Assembly (NCBI GenBank): GCA_030141605.1
Contig: JAQGDQ010000700.1
Coordinates: forward strand, 46,136-110,135
Length of the DNA stretch: 64,000 bases
Direction: 5' to 3'
Source: Tubiluchus corallicola
Taxonomy: Eukaryota; Animalia; Priapulida
In this document: positions 52,245 to 64,000 of the stretch, piece by piece
Layout: every line of letters begins with the position of its first letter
Position numbering within the stretch: position 1 is the stretch's first letter
Notes under the pieces: model-generated
Told to the model about the DNA's origin: nothing
What the model saw: the letters and a program-made list of their open reading frames with translations, nothing else
Database searches by the model: none
Translations under genes and position numbers: made by a program

Positions 52245-55118
52245 TATGTCGTAACTCCCAAGAACAAGGATTTATCTCAAGTTATTAATATTGCCAGAAT
52301 TTGTAATATTCTTCATTTTGTTTACTACAGATCTTGGTAATACTGCATATTGTTTCTGATGCAATATTGTGTGTAAGTAGTCAAGAATATTCTTGAATGT
52401 CTTTAGAGACTTTTTTGTTATGTTCCCTTTAGTTTCAACGTCATTTTCTCGTAATTTTTCATCTTCATTGAATGGTAATGACACTACATGTCTTGTACTG
52501 AAAAGAGACATTAAATTGTAAAACCTATAGAGCGGCGAATCGTTGATGAGTGCTTTAATACCTTGTATGCCTAAAACCTACGAAAGTTTTTGTGTGAGTT
52601 AAATGGATGATGTCGAATGTGCAACACTTTTAAGTGGTATTTAATTTTCTTAAGAAAATGATAGGTCTGCACTACTTTTGATGAGAATTTTTAATTGTGC
52701 CTGATTACTAATTAGACTGGTGTTTACTTCAGTTGCTACTATGGTTGAGTTAGCAGCTAGCTAAAAGAATTTGATCGTCCATAATAGTTCATTTGTTTGG
52801 TTAGTTACATACATCTAGTTATGGGTCTGTCAAAGGATAGATAATGTTGGCCTATCGTTTCAATTACAGGAAAACAATGCAATAAGAAAGTGGTTAGCTA
52901 GTGTTTCAATTACTAATAAACTGCCATGTGGTCTGTTATTATAATTGTTATTATTATTATTGTTTGTTATAAACTAGAGACATTAATAGATTTTTTAGCT
53001 TTTTTTATAGATTGTTTTAAGTATGTGTATCAGACAAACAGTTGTTAATTTACACATATTTTGCATCTACATTTTGTGAATATGTTAGTATAAAACAAAA
53101 CTTATACTTATTACAAAGTTATTTATTAATTTTTTTCTATTTTGTTAATTTGTTGATAATCAGTCCAGATTCCAGAGAACGTCACTGGACATTTGCTGAC
53201 ATTTTACAAGAGACTTCTGACGTCCTATAATTATAAAAGAACATAAAAAGTTCATAACAAACTTAAATACATGCTTACGAAGTTTAACGTGGAGCTTTTC
53301 AAATTTTTGTAGCAGTAGGCGGCATAGTGACCGTAAGTAATTCACTGTCCTAATTTCGTTTCCATGGTGATATTGTTGTGGGGCGACTGCTACCACGTGG
53401 TAGAATGCCACATGAAATGTCTTATTTTTTATGTTCAGTGAGAAATTTTAAATGAAATAAATTGAATGCATTTTAATAATAGGCCACGGGCAGTGAAATT
53501 TTAATTGTCACAAATACTTCACTTTTTGCACTTGCAGTTCTCCAGATGGATGCGAATTTAATTCTATAAGTGACTATAACTCTCCTCAGTATTAATAACT
53601 ATTATTGGGTAACGGAATGATTATTCTTATTATATTAATTTTGTTTGCTGCTTAATTATATATTTTATATTAGGCAAATTATCAGCCGGACTTCTTTTGC
53701 AAAATACGCTCACGCAGCCAGGTTACATGGTTTACTTTACCTAAATAAATAACCACCAATAAATAACCACCGCTGATAAATAACTGCAGTGTCGAATAGA
53801 AGCAAACCTGAGTTATAGTATAAGGCCTATGCAAGCCAGGAAGTGGTCGATCCAGTTTGTCATGCCTAGCTAATTTAACTGAATTCAACTCAACTCTAAT
53901 TTCGTTCTGATTCAAAGACTATGAAGTGTGATGATTATGATAATTCATTTTAATTGTGTGGTTGCATAGCGAAAACATCTATAATTGTCCATAAGGAATT
54001 AAGCTTTTCTAGTTATTCACGCATCCTAAATCTCCATTTCATGAGGACCATTTTAATACCAAGCTCATCATTTATGTTATTTCTAAGCTGAGATAATCAG
54101 TGCTGAAGTTGAGGTATGTGCTGCACACTGAAAAACATAATCTTGAGAAAATCGCTGTTACAGTTTGCGATTGTTTTTTGTTGCACTTCTACAAAAACAC
54201 TTAGCAAGCGAACAAAAGTGTGGTTGCTACGGACTTTGCAAAAGCACATTGAAGTATGCTTAAATCCAGTAGATGACTCTTTCTGATGAGATCTGACAGC
54301 AGAAAAAACTGGAGGCAAAATGAATGCTACTGCTAGCTGCTATTGGAGTTTGAAAATAGTGAGGTTTTTCACAATGCAGCACTAGTTTTTAGACAAAGAA
54401 GTGGGTAGATTGTGATAAAATTAAATTTTTATTATTTTTGAACCTTTTATTGATTATTTGATGCTAGAATGTGAATGTCCCATATATTTAGCCGTTGTTT
54501 TTATAAAAACAATTCTGAAATTGACATTTGACCTAATTTTTGGTACATTCTACTTTGAAGCATCATAATGTAGTGTTAACTATGCCGACTTATGGACAGG
54601 TTTAGTTTGCAAGCACAAAGTTGTCAGTTATTCAAGGTTATTGTTTCACTAGATGTAAGCTATAATGTTCACACTCTTTTATAATAGCTTCCAAAGTGGG
54701 TGCTCTTAATAATTGTCACGACAAAATTATAAATTTCTATGTAAAGTAATTTGAATCCTAATAATAGTCAAAAATTATTCATTTGTTTCTCAAACCAAAT
54801 TTCACGAGTTATGGTACATTTTATGTTCTATTTTTACTGTTGCACCTTCACTAATTATTTTAATTTTGCTGGTGTGTGGTTATATGTACAACATTCAAGG
54901 CTACAGCGTCAATGATGGCACCATTCTGGATAATCCACATGTGAAACGAAAGGTCTCAATCTTTTGTCATGTCATCTCACTGATGTTTTACTTTTAGTCA
55001 AGGACACCATGAGGAACAGGAGGAAAGTTTAAAAAATGGCAGTGTTTTACACGTTTTTTGCAAGACTCCTAATTTTAAGAGAATATTTGAATAAACCAAT
55101 TCAGCTTTGGGTATAATA

Positions 55119-55122
<4 letters not shown>

Positions 55123-55201
<79 letters not shown>
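55123..55201. repeat. (AT)n microsatellite
   Basis: Directly visible. Confidence 0.95.
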
Positions 55202-55206
<5 letters not shown>

Positions 55207-55534
55207 CGGCCACGCTTAGTCAAGGTTGACTTTGCGCATGCGCAAAGTCACTTGCTATAAAAGCGGTGAGCACGTAGGTTACTACGTCTCTGTCGTGCTG
55301 TCATGTCCACCATGCGTGCTGCTTTTTTCGGTCCTTAACAGGATTGTCGTTTTGGGTAGGTACGGCGTAGTTTGAACTTGATTATTTATCTTTTGTATTT
55401 CTTTCTTCTGCACTCCGTCCTAGTAGAATGCAAAGCGCGCCAACGAAGGCTGACTGCTCAGCCGTCTTCGCGTCCCTCGACCCCCTGGCAGCCCCCAGGG
55501 GAGGGCTCCGCAACACTGGTGTCGAAGTTGGGGA
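55202..55534 (+). mobile_element. LTR retrotransposon 5' LTR (55202-55515) plus primer-binding site; internal region truncated
   Basis: TGTTGCGG...CCGCAACA termini; TATAAAA at ~55256; followed after 1 nt by TGGTGTCGAAGTTGGGGA (tRNA-3'-complementary, Leu-like PBS). Confidence 0.75.
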
Positions 55535-56208
55535 TAAGAATTCTCAGTCCGTCGAAAGGACAAGTCTGAGTGCATGTCTAGAAACTGCTTCTTGGGCTGA
55601 TTCTTTAGATTCGTGTTCTACTGCTGTTAACCTAGCTAGCCAGCCTAACCAAGTGACCTATTTACCTGTAGCCTGTACACCTTATTGAAACTGTAGCCTT
55701 GAATGTTATACATACAACTATGAAAATCTAAATTCCTGCTCTGACCATTAGCCATTTTGATGATAAGTCATTTGAAATAAGTTTAGATAACACAGCTTAA
55801 AGTTTGAGAAAATAATCAGAACATTTGTAGCACACACTTCACTAACTAAGAAAAATTCTAAGTTACTGTGTTTTGTCAATAAGATTAAAAGTAAGCTTTT
55901 TGGTTAGTGAGTGGTGCACCCTGGAAGGACCTTTTATCAGTTGGCATGAGCATTTTAAATTATTAATTATTTTCTTTTCTAATTACGTAAGTCGTTCAAG
56001 CAGCTTGCTAAGTAATGTAACATTGCATGGCAAATTTTTTGTACATAATTTGACATTGCCTTTTATTATCTTCATTTACTTTGTCCTTTAATGTTACAAT
56101 CAAGTGGTTGTGTATTTTTACTCTAGGTGGCTGTATAGTGTACATCATGCTTATCAGGCAGTACACAATTTTTTTCCCTGGATTGCCCTAGTCTCTACAG
56201 TGCAAGAA

Positions 56209-56284
56209 ATGGGAATTATCCATCTTAAAAATGTCTGCATTGGTTATTTCATTTTTGTGCTTGGTAGTAGTTTAGGACAGGAAG
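56209..56284 (+). CDS. EGF-CUB-Ig gene B: signal-peptide exon
   Basis: MGIIHLKNVCIGYFIFVLGSSLGQE G|GTAAAT; phase 1 matches the EGF exon. Confidence 0.55.
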
Positions 56285-57294
56285 GTAAATTTTGCATGTT
56301 TTCTGCTTTTATAGTTTTTTATAGTTTAATCACACTAATTATTGCAAATTTTAAGTTAAATTGATTTATTTATGTATTGATGGTGTAAAATTCATATGTG
56401 TTTGAATGCTGTTCAGGAAAAAATGCATACAGCTAAATGCTAAACTCACGATTTTTAGATAGCTAATAGCACAAAATTTCAGGAGCAAAATTTAGTAAAA
56501 TTAAAATAAAAATATGGGAAAAAACTTGTTCTGTTGCGAAACAGTTAATCAAACCTTAGGAAGGAACAGTTTACTCCAGATTAGGCTGCATTATGAAATG
56601 TCAGAATTTCACAGCAAAACTCTATATATTTCAGTCACATTAATAGCAATAAAATTATACTTAATTATAAACCTCAAAACTGTATTCAGTTGGACGCATG
56701 CGTGAAGAAATGTATAAAGATAGCTAAGCTTTTCAAAATTTTTGCAAGACCTGATTTCAAATGGAAGAGCGTTCCAGATACTGGGGCCACTAGACCTAAA
56801 AGATCGGTGCTAAACAATGTTAATTTTATACGCAAGTAATTGGTACAACAAAGGACCTTTGTTAGGTGACATGACCTGTAAAGCGAGTGACTTACATTTA
56901 ATGTTAAGAAATCATTTTTTTCTGTAGTTTCAACAGTAATCAAGTATAAAGTACAAAATTTTGAAAAATTTCATGTTATTGACTATTGAGCTTAAATCAT
57001 AATTAATAATAATTATAGTAATTATAAGTGTAAACGACTTTTCTATTGTCTCATCCAGAAATACGGAAGAAATCAAGCACTAATGCTGAATGTTTCGCCA
57101 TAAGTCGTCTTAAAAATTAGTTAATACACCAACTAATTTCTTGCCCTAAATGTCTCGCGTTGTAAATTGTGAAAACATAATCAGTGAGACTATATTAAAA
57201 CTGTTCTAAAAAGCTAGAATTCAATGTTTGTTTAATTTTGACCCAACTTTTGTGGCTATCACATATTTATGCTGATTTTTTTTATTTTATGTAG

Positions 57295-57423
57295 ATCAGT
57301 GTGCGAATAATCCCTGCCAAAATGGTGGGACATGTTCACAAGATGGTGACTCTTACAAATGTACATGTGTAGAAACACCCGACCGGCTGGGACTGACATA
57401 TACTGGAGCAAATTGCACTATGG
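57295..57423 (+). CDS. EGF-CUB-Ig gene B: EGF domain exon
   Basis: TGTAG|; DQCANNPCQNGGTCSQDGDSYKCTCVETPDRLGLTYTGANCTM; G|GTTAGT; not in the ORF track. Confidence 0.88.
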
Positions 57424-58590
57424 GTTAGTTTCATTTATTTCTGTATTAATAAGCACCAGGATTCAGTTTTTGTCAGAAACATTTTTTATTTCATGATCAA
57501 AATCATGCTTTTGATCTTTCTAAGCATTGTAGCATCCTGCTTAAGATATTGGCTAAATATGTGGTTCGTTTACCCATGTCTTTGGTTACCTCTGCAAGTT
57601 CTGCAGTTGGTCAGGAGGTTGGCACATACAACATATTTTGAAGATATTTTGATGATAATCAGAATACCAACTCTGAGTCACATTTGTCATTGAAAGACCA
57701 TTTCAAAGTGAAAGCACAGCAAAAATCAGAAATTGACACTGTGCGCAAGAAGTTTATTTATCAGTCGTCAATTTCGCACAGATTGGTTCCTGTTACCAGT
57801 CAAAAATGACTTTTTTCAGTGGCTCAGTTTGGTTAGGGTCCAAATTAATAAATAAATTAATCAGTTAATGTTTGAATCATTGCCTAATATTTTGAAGATG
57901 CTTTTAGAATGGTGGTTCGAGATAAAAAATTAATGTCTGACTCAATATTTAGTAGTGTGCCATATTTAGTGTTGAGTTTATGCTTATGAAGAATAACATG
58001 TTAATAAACTAGTTATCACATATGCCACCTGGTGCGTTCACAAACTATCTTGCTTTGCGTATTCTACCAGATTTCAGGCTTGCTGACTAGGGGCAAGTTT
58101 ATTCAAACTACATTCAGTAACAGTGCATTAAATTCACCTTGTCATTACATGATATTATATAAAATCAATGAGTTTGTCCTGCTAACTGTATTTTCTAAGT
58201 ATGTGTTTTAAATACCTTATACCTCCTTTTTCCTAGATATTATAGTGCATTTTTCTCCCGGGGCAAAATGCTGGCATTCGTACTGTCACTTCCCCATGAT
58301 GGAATGTTCTTCAACCTGTCAAAGTCTGTGCATATCAGGCCCTATTTAACCTGCCAGGTGTGCACAGACTTACTTTGGTTCAGTAACTCTTTCTCTGGCA
58401 TGCAGCATGCAAGTTATGTGACATCTCAATTCTCTCATATCTAAGTTCTGTCTTCACTCAATGGTAATGCATGCACCTCATCTCATCAATTGGATAGGAG
58501 GATGGCAAAATGTCACCTTTATAGTATAAAGGCTTGTCAACTCAGCTCAATAAGTTCGAACATTTATTCCAATTTCTCCTTTTTTCTCAG

Positions 58591-58953
58591 GTGTTTCAGA
58601 GTGTGCCACTTTTGCTTGCAGTTTGTACTTGTCGAAAACTCCGAACGCTTACGTTCAGACGGAAAACTATCCCGAAAATTACGCCAACTCAATCCAGCGC
58701 AACTGGGCGATATTCAGCATGAACAGACAACCAATTATGGTGGACGTTCTGGACTTTGATCTGGAGAATCGGGGCATCGGAGCTTCTGCTTACTGCGGTG
58801 ATTACGTGACCATAAACAAGGGGGAGCAGTGGTGCGGAGACGAACTGAGTGGACAGCATCTTCTGAAACTGGAAGAAGGGGAAAAGGGGATTCAGATTGC
58901 TTTCTCATCAAATGGTGAGGTGGAGGGACGCGGATTTCGTTTTCATGTCTATA
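58591..58953 (+). CDS. EGF-CUB-Ig gene B: CUB domain exon
   Basis: TTCTCAG|; TENYPENYAN..W..DFDLE..CGDYVTI..WCG..IAFSSNGEVEGRGFRFHVY; A|GTAAGT. Confidence 0.9.
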
Positions 58954-60145
58954 GTAAGTGTTTGTGAATCATGTCTTCATTTAATTTAACAAAAAAGGAT
59001 GCTATCGTGAATAAAAAAATTATCTATACTACGTATGAATTGTGTAATTTTACGTATTGATAATCTCTTTACTGAATAAAAGTAGTTTTGTGCAATCGAG
59101 ACACATTAATTAATTAATGCGTGATACCTACTCATCTTAACATATGTCGCGGTGGTTTTTCAATTTGCGAAAAGAATTGGGATCAATTGTTGCACATTGT
59201 GGTAAAATCATCATTTTGACTGCAACTAATGATCTGCGAAAGTTTTGAATCTATGTGATAAGTTTAGCTTAATGTGGTAGAAAACTCAGGAATTCTTTTT
59301 TCAAACTCGACTCATTTTCAAAAATTTTGCACGTATACCGACTCTTAGCGACTGGATTACAAAAATAGAATAAAATGTTATTTGGTCGTGCTGTTTATAA
59401 GCCTCTCGGAGTGTTTCGGTGTGACGAATGCAACACTGTGAGAATAGGTCTTATTAAAAGTGTATCTAACGGTGAGTGGGGGGTGTGTTAAATAAAGCTA
59501 GTACTGAACAAAACTGTGTTGCTTCCGGGGTGGCTAGAGCGGGTGTTAAATCATTAAATTGCTTCAGTTCTTCAACACATTCTCTTTTCATTTTTTTGCA
59601 CAAACTGCATCAAATTAAGACCACCATTTGCTCATGATAAGGGGCTGTAGGAGAGGTGTGAAAACACGTGTTGCCTGGTAACATTTTTCTTGGAGCGGGT
59701 GAATGAAGTTGTAATTATCGGGTAATTATCAGGCTTAAATTTTCGGGTAAAAAATTTCACATGTAAGAGGCTCGAAGGAAAAATAGTGAAGTTATATGCA
59801 GCCATTTTACCTCCATGAATTCCAAGGTAAAAGCATGAAAGGCAGCAGCGAAATGGGTAGTTTGATCAAACAGTCAGTGTTGAAAAGGCCATATGTTCAT
59901 CTACATTTTCCAATTTCTGATATAGATTAATAACGGTTTGCTGTAAAGTTCGTATAAAAATAATGCGTATTTACACCTGAACTGTAATTTTATTTACTGT
60001 CTTCATGTTTTTGTAGACTTTGAATGAACAGTGTAATGTATTGATAGGGTTGAGGATCCTTTGACAGCTGGAAGATAAAATTTTCTTGCTGTACAAGTAT
60101 TACATCGATATTTTTTATATTCGACTTACTTGAAATTATTTTTAG

Positions 60146-60481
60146 AGGTCGATGAAGATATTCTGTTAAATGAACCACCTCGTCAACCAGATATTTACGT
60201 CGAGCTAGGCGGCAGCATCGTTCTACCATGCTCAGTGAATACAGAGATATTGTCTAATCAGACTAATTATACGATACAGTGGAAAGTTGATGGCGAGCTT
60301 CTCAATGTGGATGGTTTTGATTATTTCTACGAATACGACAACGTGCAGGAGAGGTTGGATACTGGAGATTACGGAGTGTCGATAATGTCGACAACTGAGA
60401 CGGATCACAATAAAACTTTTACTTGCGAGCTGGAGTATGAAGGAAAAAGTGTAGCTACGATTGCTGTCTTAAAAATCATCA
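60146..60481 (+). CDS. EGF-CUB-Ig gene B: V-type Ig domain exon
   Basis: TTTTAG|; VELGGSIVLPCSV..IQWKVDG..GDYGVSI..DHNKTFTCEL; A|GTAAGT. Confidence 0.88.
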
Positions 60482-61109
60482 GTAAGTTTTTGGAATTGGT
60501 GCTGACAGTTCCCTGGCATTGTAGTTATCTGCGCATGGCTGAATGTGTCATGTTTGGAGCGCTTTACATGCTTCTAGTGCTGCTAGTTCATTATCCAACT
60601 GTGTGTAAGAATGCCACATTAATCTTTTAAGGTTTTAAATTTTTACTTATGCCTACACTGTATAGGTAAGACATTTAGATGTGTAAGTTTGTCTGCACAG
60701 TAAAATGAAACAAATGAAGCTGTCATTACCAAACTTGACACGGCATCAGGCCTGGGAAACACCTGGGACTTTGCTTTTGTGGTCAAAAGATCCAGGCCAC
60801 GAGATCAGAAAATATTAAAGGAAATTTTTGCCAATCTAAATTAGTTTGAGGGTGTATGTCTGTCGAATGTTCTAGTTAATAGTTGTGTTGTGTCGAACTG
60901 TGTCTAGATAGAACTGCTAATAAAAAATAGTGCAAAAAGAAGATCGGATTTATTGGATGGAACATTTATATCCATCATATAGCTGTAGCTTTATAATATA
61001 TCAATAGTATTAGTGTGTGGTTAAAAGAACCTTAGCAATGAGGTAACACAGTGTGAAACTTTTAGGGGTTCTGGTGTTGAACCTCACTCATGTCGGCGTG
61101 CCACTCGAA

Positions 61110-63410
61110 CAGGACCCGCTTCCTATGTTTACTCGGTCATAATTGAGTATTTGGTCATGTACAGGGGTAACAGAACCCACTTCCTAGGTTTACTCGGTCA
61201 TAATTGAGTATTTGGTCATGTACAGGGGTAACAGAACCCACTTCCTAGGTTTATTCAGTCATAATTGAGTATTTGGCCATGTACAGGGGTAACGGAACCC
61301 ACTTCGTAGTTTTGAGTATTTGGTCATGTACAGGGGGAACAGAACCCACTTCCTAGGTTTACTCGGTCATAATTGAGTATTTGGCCATGTACAGGGGTAA
61401 CAGAACCCACTTCCTAGGTTTACTCAGTCATAATTGAGTATTTGGTCATGTACAGGGGTAACAGAACCCACTTCCTAGGTTTACTCAGTCATAATTGAGT
61501 ATTTGGTCAGGTACAGGGGTAACAGAACCCACTTCCTAGGTTTACTCAGTCATAATTGAGTATTTGGCCATTTGGCCATGTACAGGGGTAACAGAACCCA
61601 CTTCCTAGGTTTACTCAGTCGTAATTGAGTATTTGGTCATGTACAGGGGTAACAGAACCCGCTTCTTAGGTTTACTCAGTCATAATTGAGTATTTGGTCA
61701 TGTACAGGGGAAACAGAACCCCACTTCCTAGGTTTACTAAGTCATAATTGAGTATTTGGTCATGTACAGGGGTAACAGAACCCACTTCCTAGGTTTACTC
61801 AGTCATAATTGAGTATTTGGTCATGTACAGGGGTAACAGAACCCACTTCCTAGGTTTCCTCAGTTATAATTGAGTATTTGGTCATGTACAGGGGTAACAG
61901 AACCCACTTCCTAGGTTTACTCGGTCATAATTGAGTATTTGGTCATGTACAGGGGTAACAGAACCCACTTCCTAGGTTTATTCAGTCATAATTAAGTATT
62001 TGGCCATGTACAGGGGTAACGGAACCCACTCGTAGTTTTGAGTATTTGGTCATGTACAGGGGGAACAGAACCCACTTCCTAGGTTTACTCGGTCATAATT
62101 GAGTATTTGGCCATGTACAGGGGTAACAGAACCCACTTCCTAGGTTTACTCAGTCATAATTGAGTATTTGGCCATGTACAGGGGTAACAGAACCCACTTC
62201 CTAGGTTTACTCAGTCATAATTGAGTATTTGGTCATGTACAGGGGTAACAGAACCCACTTCCTAGTTTTACTCAGTCATAATTGAGTATTTGGTCAGGTA
62301 CAGGGGTAACAGAACCCACTTCCTAGGTTTACTCAGTCATAATTGAGTATTTGGCCATTTGGCCATGTACAGGGGTAACAGAACCCACTTCCTAGGTTTA
62401 CTCAGTCGTAATTGAGTATTTGGTCATGTACAGGGGTAACAGAACCCGCTTCTTAGGTTTACTCAGTCATAATTGAGTATTTGGTCATGTACAGGGGAAA
62501 CAGAACCCCACTTCCTAGGTTTACTCGGTCATAATTGAGTATTTGGTCATGTACAGGGGTAACAGAACCCACTTCCTAGGTTTACTCAGTCATAATTGAG
62601 TATTTGGTCATGTACAGGGGTAACAGAACCCACTTCCTAGGTTTCCTCAGTTATAATTGAGTATTTGGTCATGTACAGGGGTAACAGAACCCACTTCCTA
62701 GGTTTACTCGGTCATAATTGAGTATTTGGTCATGTACAGGGAGAACAGCACCCACTTCCTAGGTTTACTCGGTCATAATTGAGTATTTGGTCATGTACAG
62801 GGGGAACAGAACCCACTTCCTAGGTTTACTCGGTCGTAATTGAGTATTTGGTCATGTACAGGGAGAACAGAACCCACTTCCTAGGTTTACTCGGTCATAA
62901 TTGAGTATTTGGTCATGTGCAGGGGGAACAGAACCCACTTCCTAGGTTTACTCGGTCATAATTGAGTATTTGGTCATGTACAGGGAGAACAGAACCCACT
63001 TCATAGGTTTACTCGGTCATAATTGAGTATTTGGTCATGTACAGGGGTAACAGAACCCACTTCCTAGGTTTCCTCGGTCATAATTGAGTATTTGGTCATG
63101 TACAGGGGGAACAGAACCCACTTCCTAGGTTTAATCGGTCATAATTGAGTATTTGGTCATGTACAGGGGTAACAGAACCCACTTCCTAGGTTTACTCGGT
63201 CATAATTGAGTATTTGGTCATGTATAAGGGCAACAGAACCCACTTCCTAGGTTTACTCGGTCATAATTGAGTATTTGGTCATGTACAAGGGCAACAGAAC
63301 CCACTTCCTAGGTTTACTCAGTCATAATTGAGTATTTGGTCATGTACAAGGGCAACAGAACCCACTTCCTAGGTTTACTCGGTCATAATTGAGTATTTGG
63401 TCATGTACAA
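61110..63410. repeat. 61-bp minisatellite, about 38 copies, intronic, with higher-order duplication
   Basis: Unit GGTCATGTACAGGGGTAACAGAACCCACTTCCTAGGTTTACTCGGTCATAATTGAGTATTT. Confidence 0.97.
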
Positions 63411-63639
63411 GGTCGGTAAGAAGGGCAGCCAGATAGCGAAGTATAGCCACCTGTCTACCCTTGTGTGCTGAGGCTTATTGCCATACCCATCTACCTCAAC
63501 ACTCCATTGGATCATTCTTCTTCTTCATCAGGGGATGTAGAGAAATTGTCCAAGTGCTACTGGTGAACTTATTTCACCGAATATGATAAATTGTGCTGCA
63601 GCGTAATTGTTTCTTAACCGTCGATTTTTGATTTTGCAG

Positions 63640-63780
63640 GACTGGGAAAGTTGCTGCCAATGAAGTACGACAGCGAGCCTATAGAGGGCGACTACGCAGC
63701 CGTTAAACATGGTAAACAGAGGGCGTTTGAATGCGAGTATGTGAACAGTTGGCCACAACCATCCATTTTCTGGAGTCTAG
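63640..63780 (+). CDS. EGF-CUB-Ig gene B: N-terminal half of a C2-set Ig domain (gene continues beyond the window)
   Basis: TTTTGCAG|; LGKLLPMKYDSEPIEGDYAAVKHGKQRAFECEYVNSWPQPSIFWSL G|GTATGA; homologous to exon 40096-40251. Confidence 0.8.
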
Positions 63781-64000
63781 GTATGATGTTGTTTTATTGA
63801 TATTTATTTTGAAGAAAGAGTGCTGCACTCTAGGCACATGTGAAATGACAGTTTATCATTGTTAGACTAGAGCTACAGTGAGTGAAATCACAAACAAAGA
63901 GCAGGTTAAACTTACTCTTGTTGCAGTGTACTTTGTCTGGAATAGAATACTTTTTGTAATCTGTATGAGAGTGAGATGTGTGTAAACCTTGTAGTAACAT

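Noticed and set aside
55372-55688. ORFs with signal-like N-terminus inside the LTR
   Set aside because: Lie within LTR/leader sequence; one has a non-ATG start; no domain similarity
61110-63410. CRISPR-like array
   Set aside because: Monomers are contiguous and near-identical with no unique spacers; no cas genes; eukaryotic intron context

Overview
AT-rich, intron-containing eukaryotic DNA from an invertebrate animal (gene families look arthropod-like, but the taxon cannot be fixed from sequence alone). There are no prokaryotic operons, CRISPR arrays or rRNA genes. Left half (about 4-32.5 kb): three Golgi glycan-modifying enzyme genes (galactose-3-O-sulfotransferase-like, GT92/DUF23, GT32/DXD) interleaved with two secreted lectin-type genes (an intronless EGF-EGF-discoidin/F5-8C protein and a PAN/apple + atypical C-type lectin). 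The putative membrane-anchor first exon of the GT32 gene is present twice through a 1.3-kb local duplication. Right half (about 35-64 kb): two tandem paralogous multi-exon Ig-superfamily genes built from phase-1 exons. One is a fasciclin-3/nephrin-like receptor with a TM segment and an ITIM-consensus tail. The other is SP-EGF-CUB-Ig-Ig..., runs off the window, and lies just downstream of an LTR+PBS remnant. Intergenic and intronic DNA carries MITEs, LINE remnants, tRNA/5S-derived SINE fragments, microsatellites and several minisatellites, including a 61-bp array with higher-order structure. All exon boundaries were read by eye (GT-AG plus phase consistency) and are unverified by RNA data.
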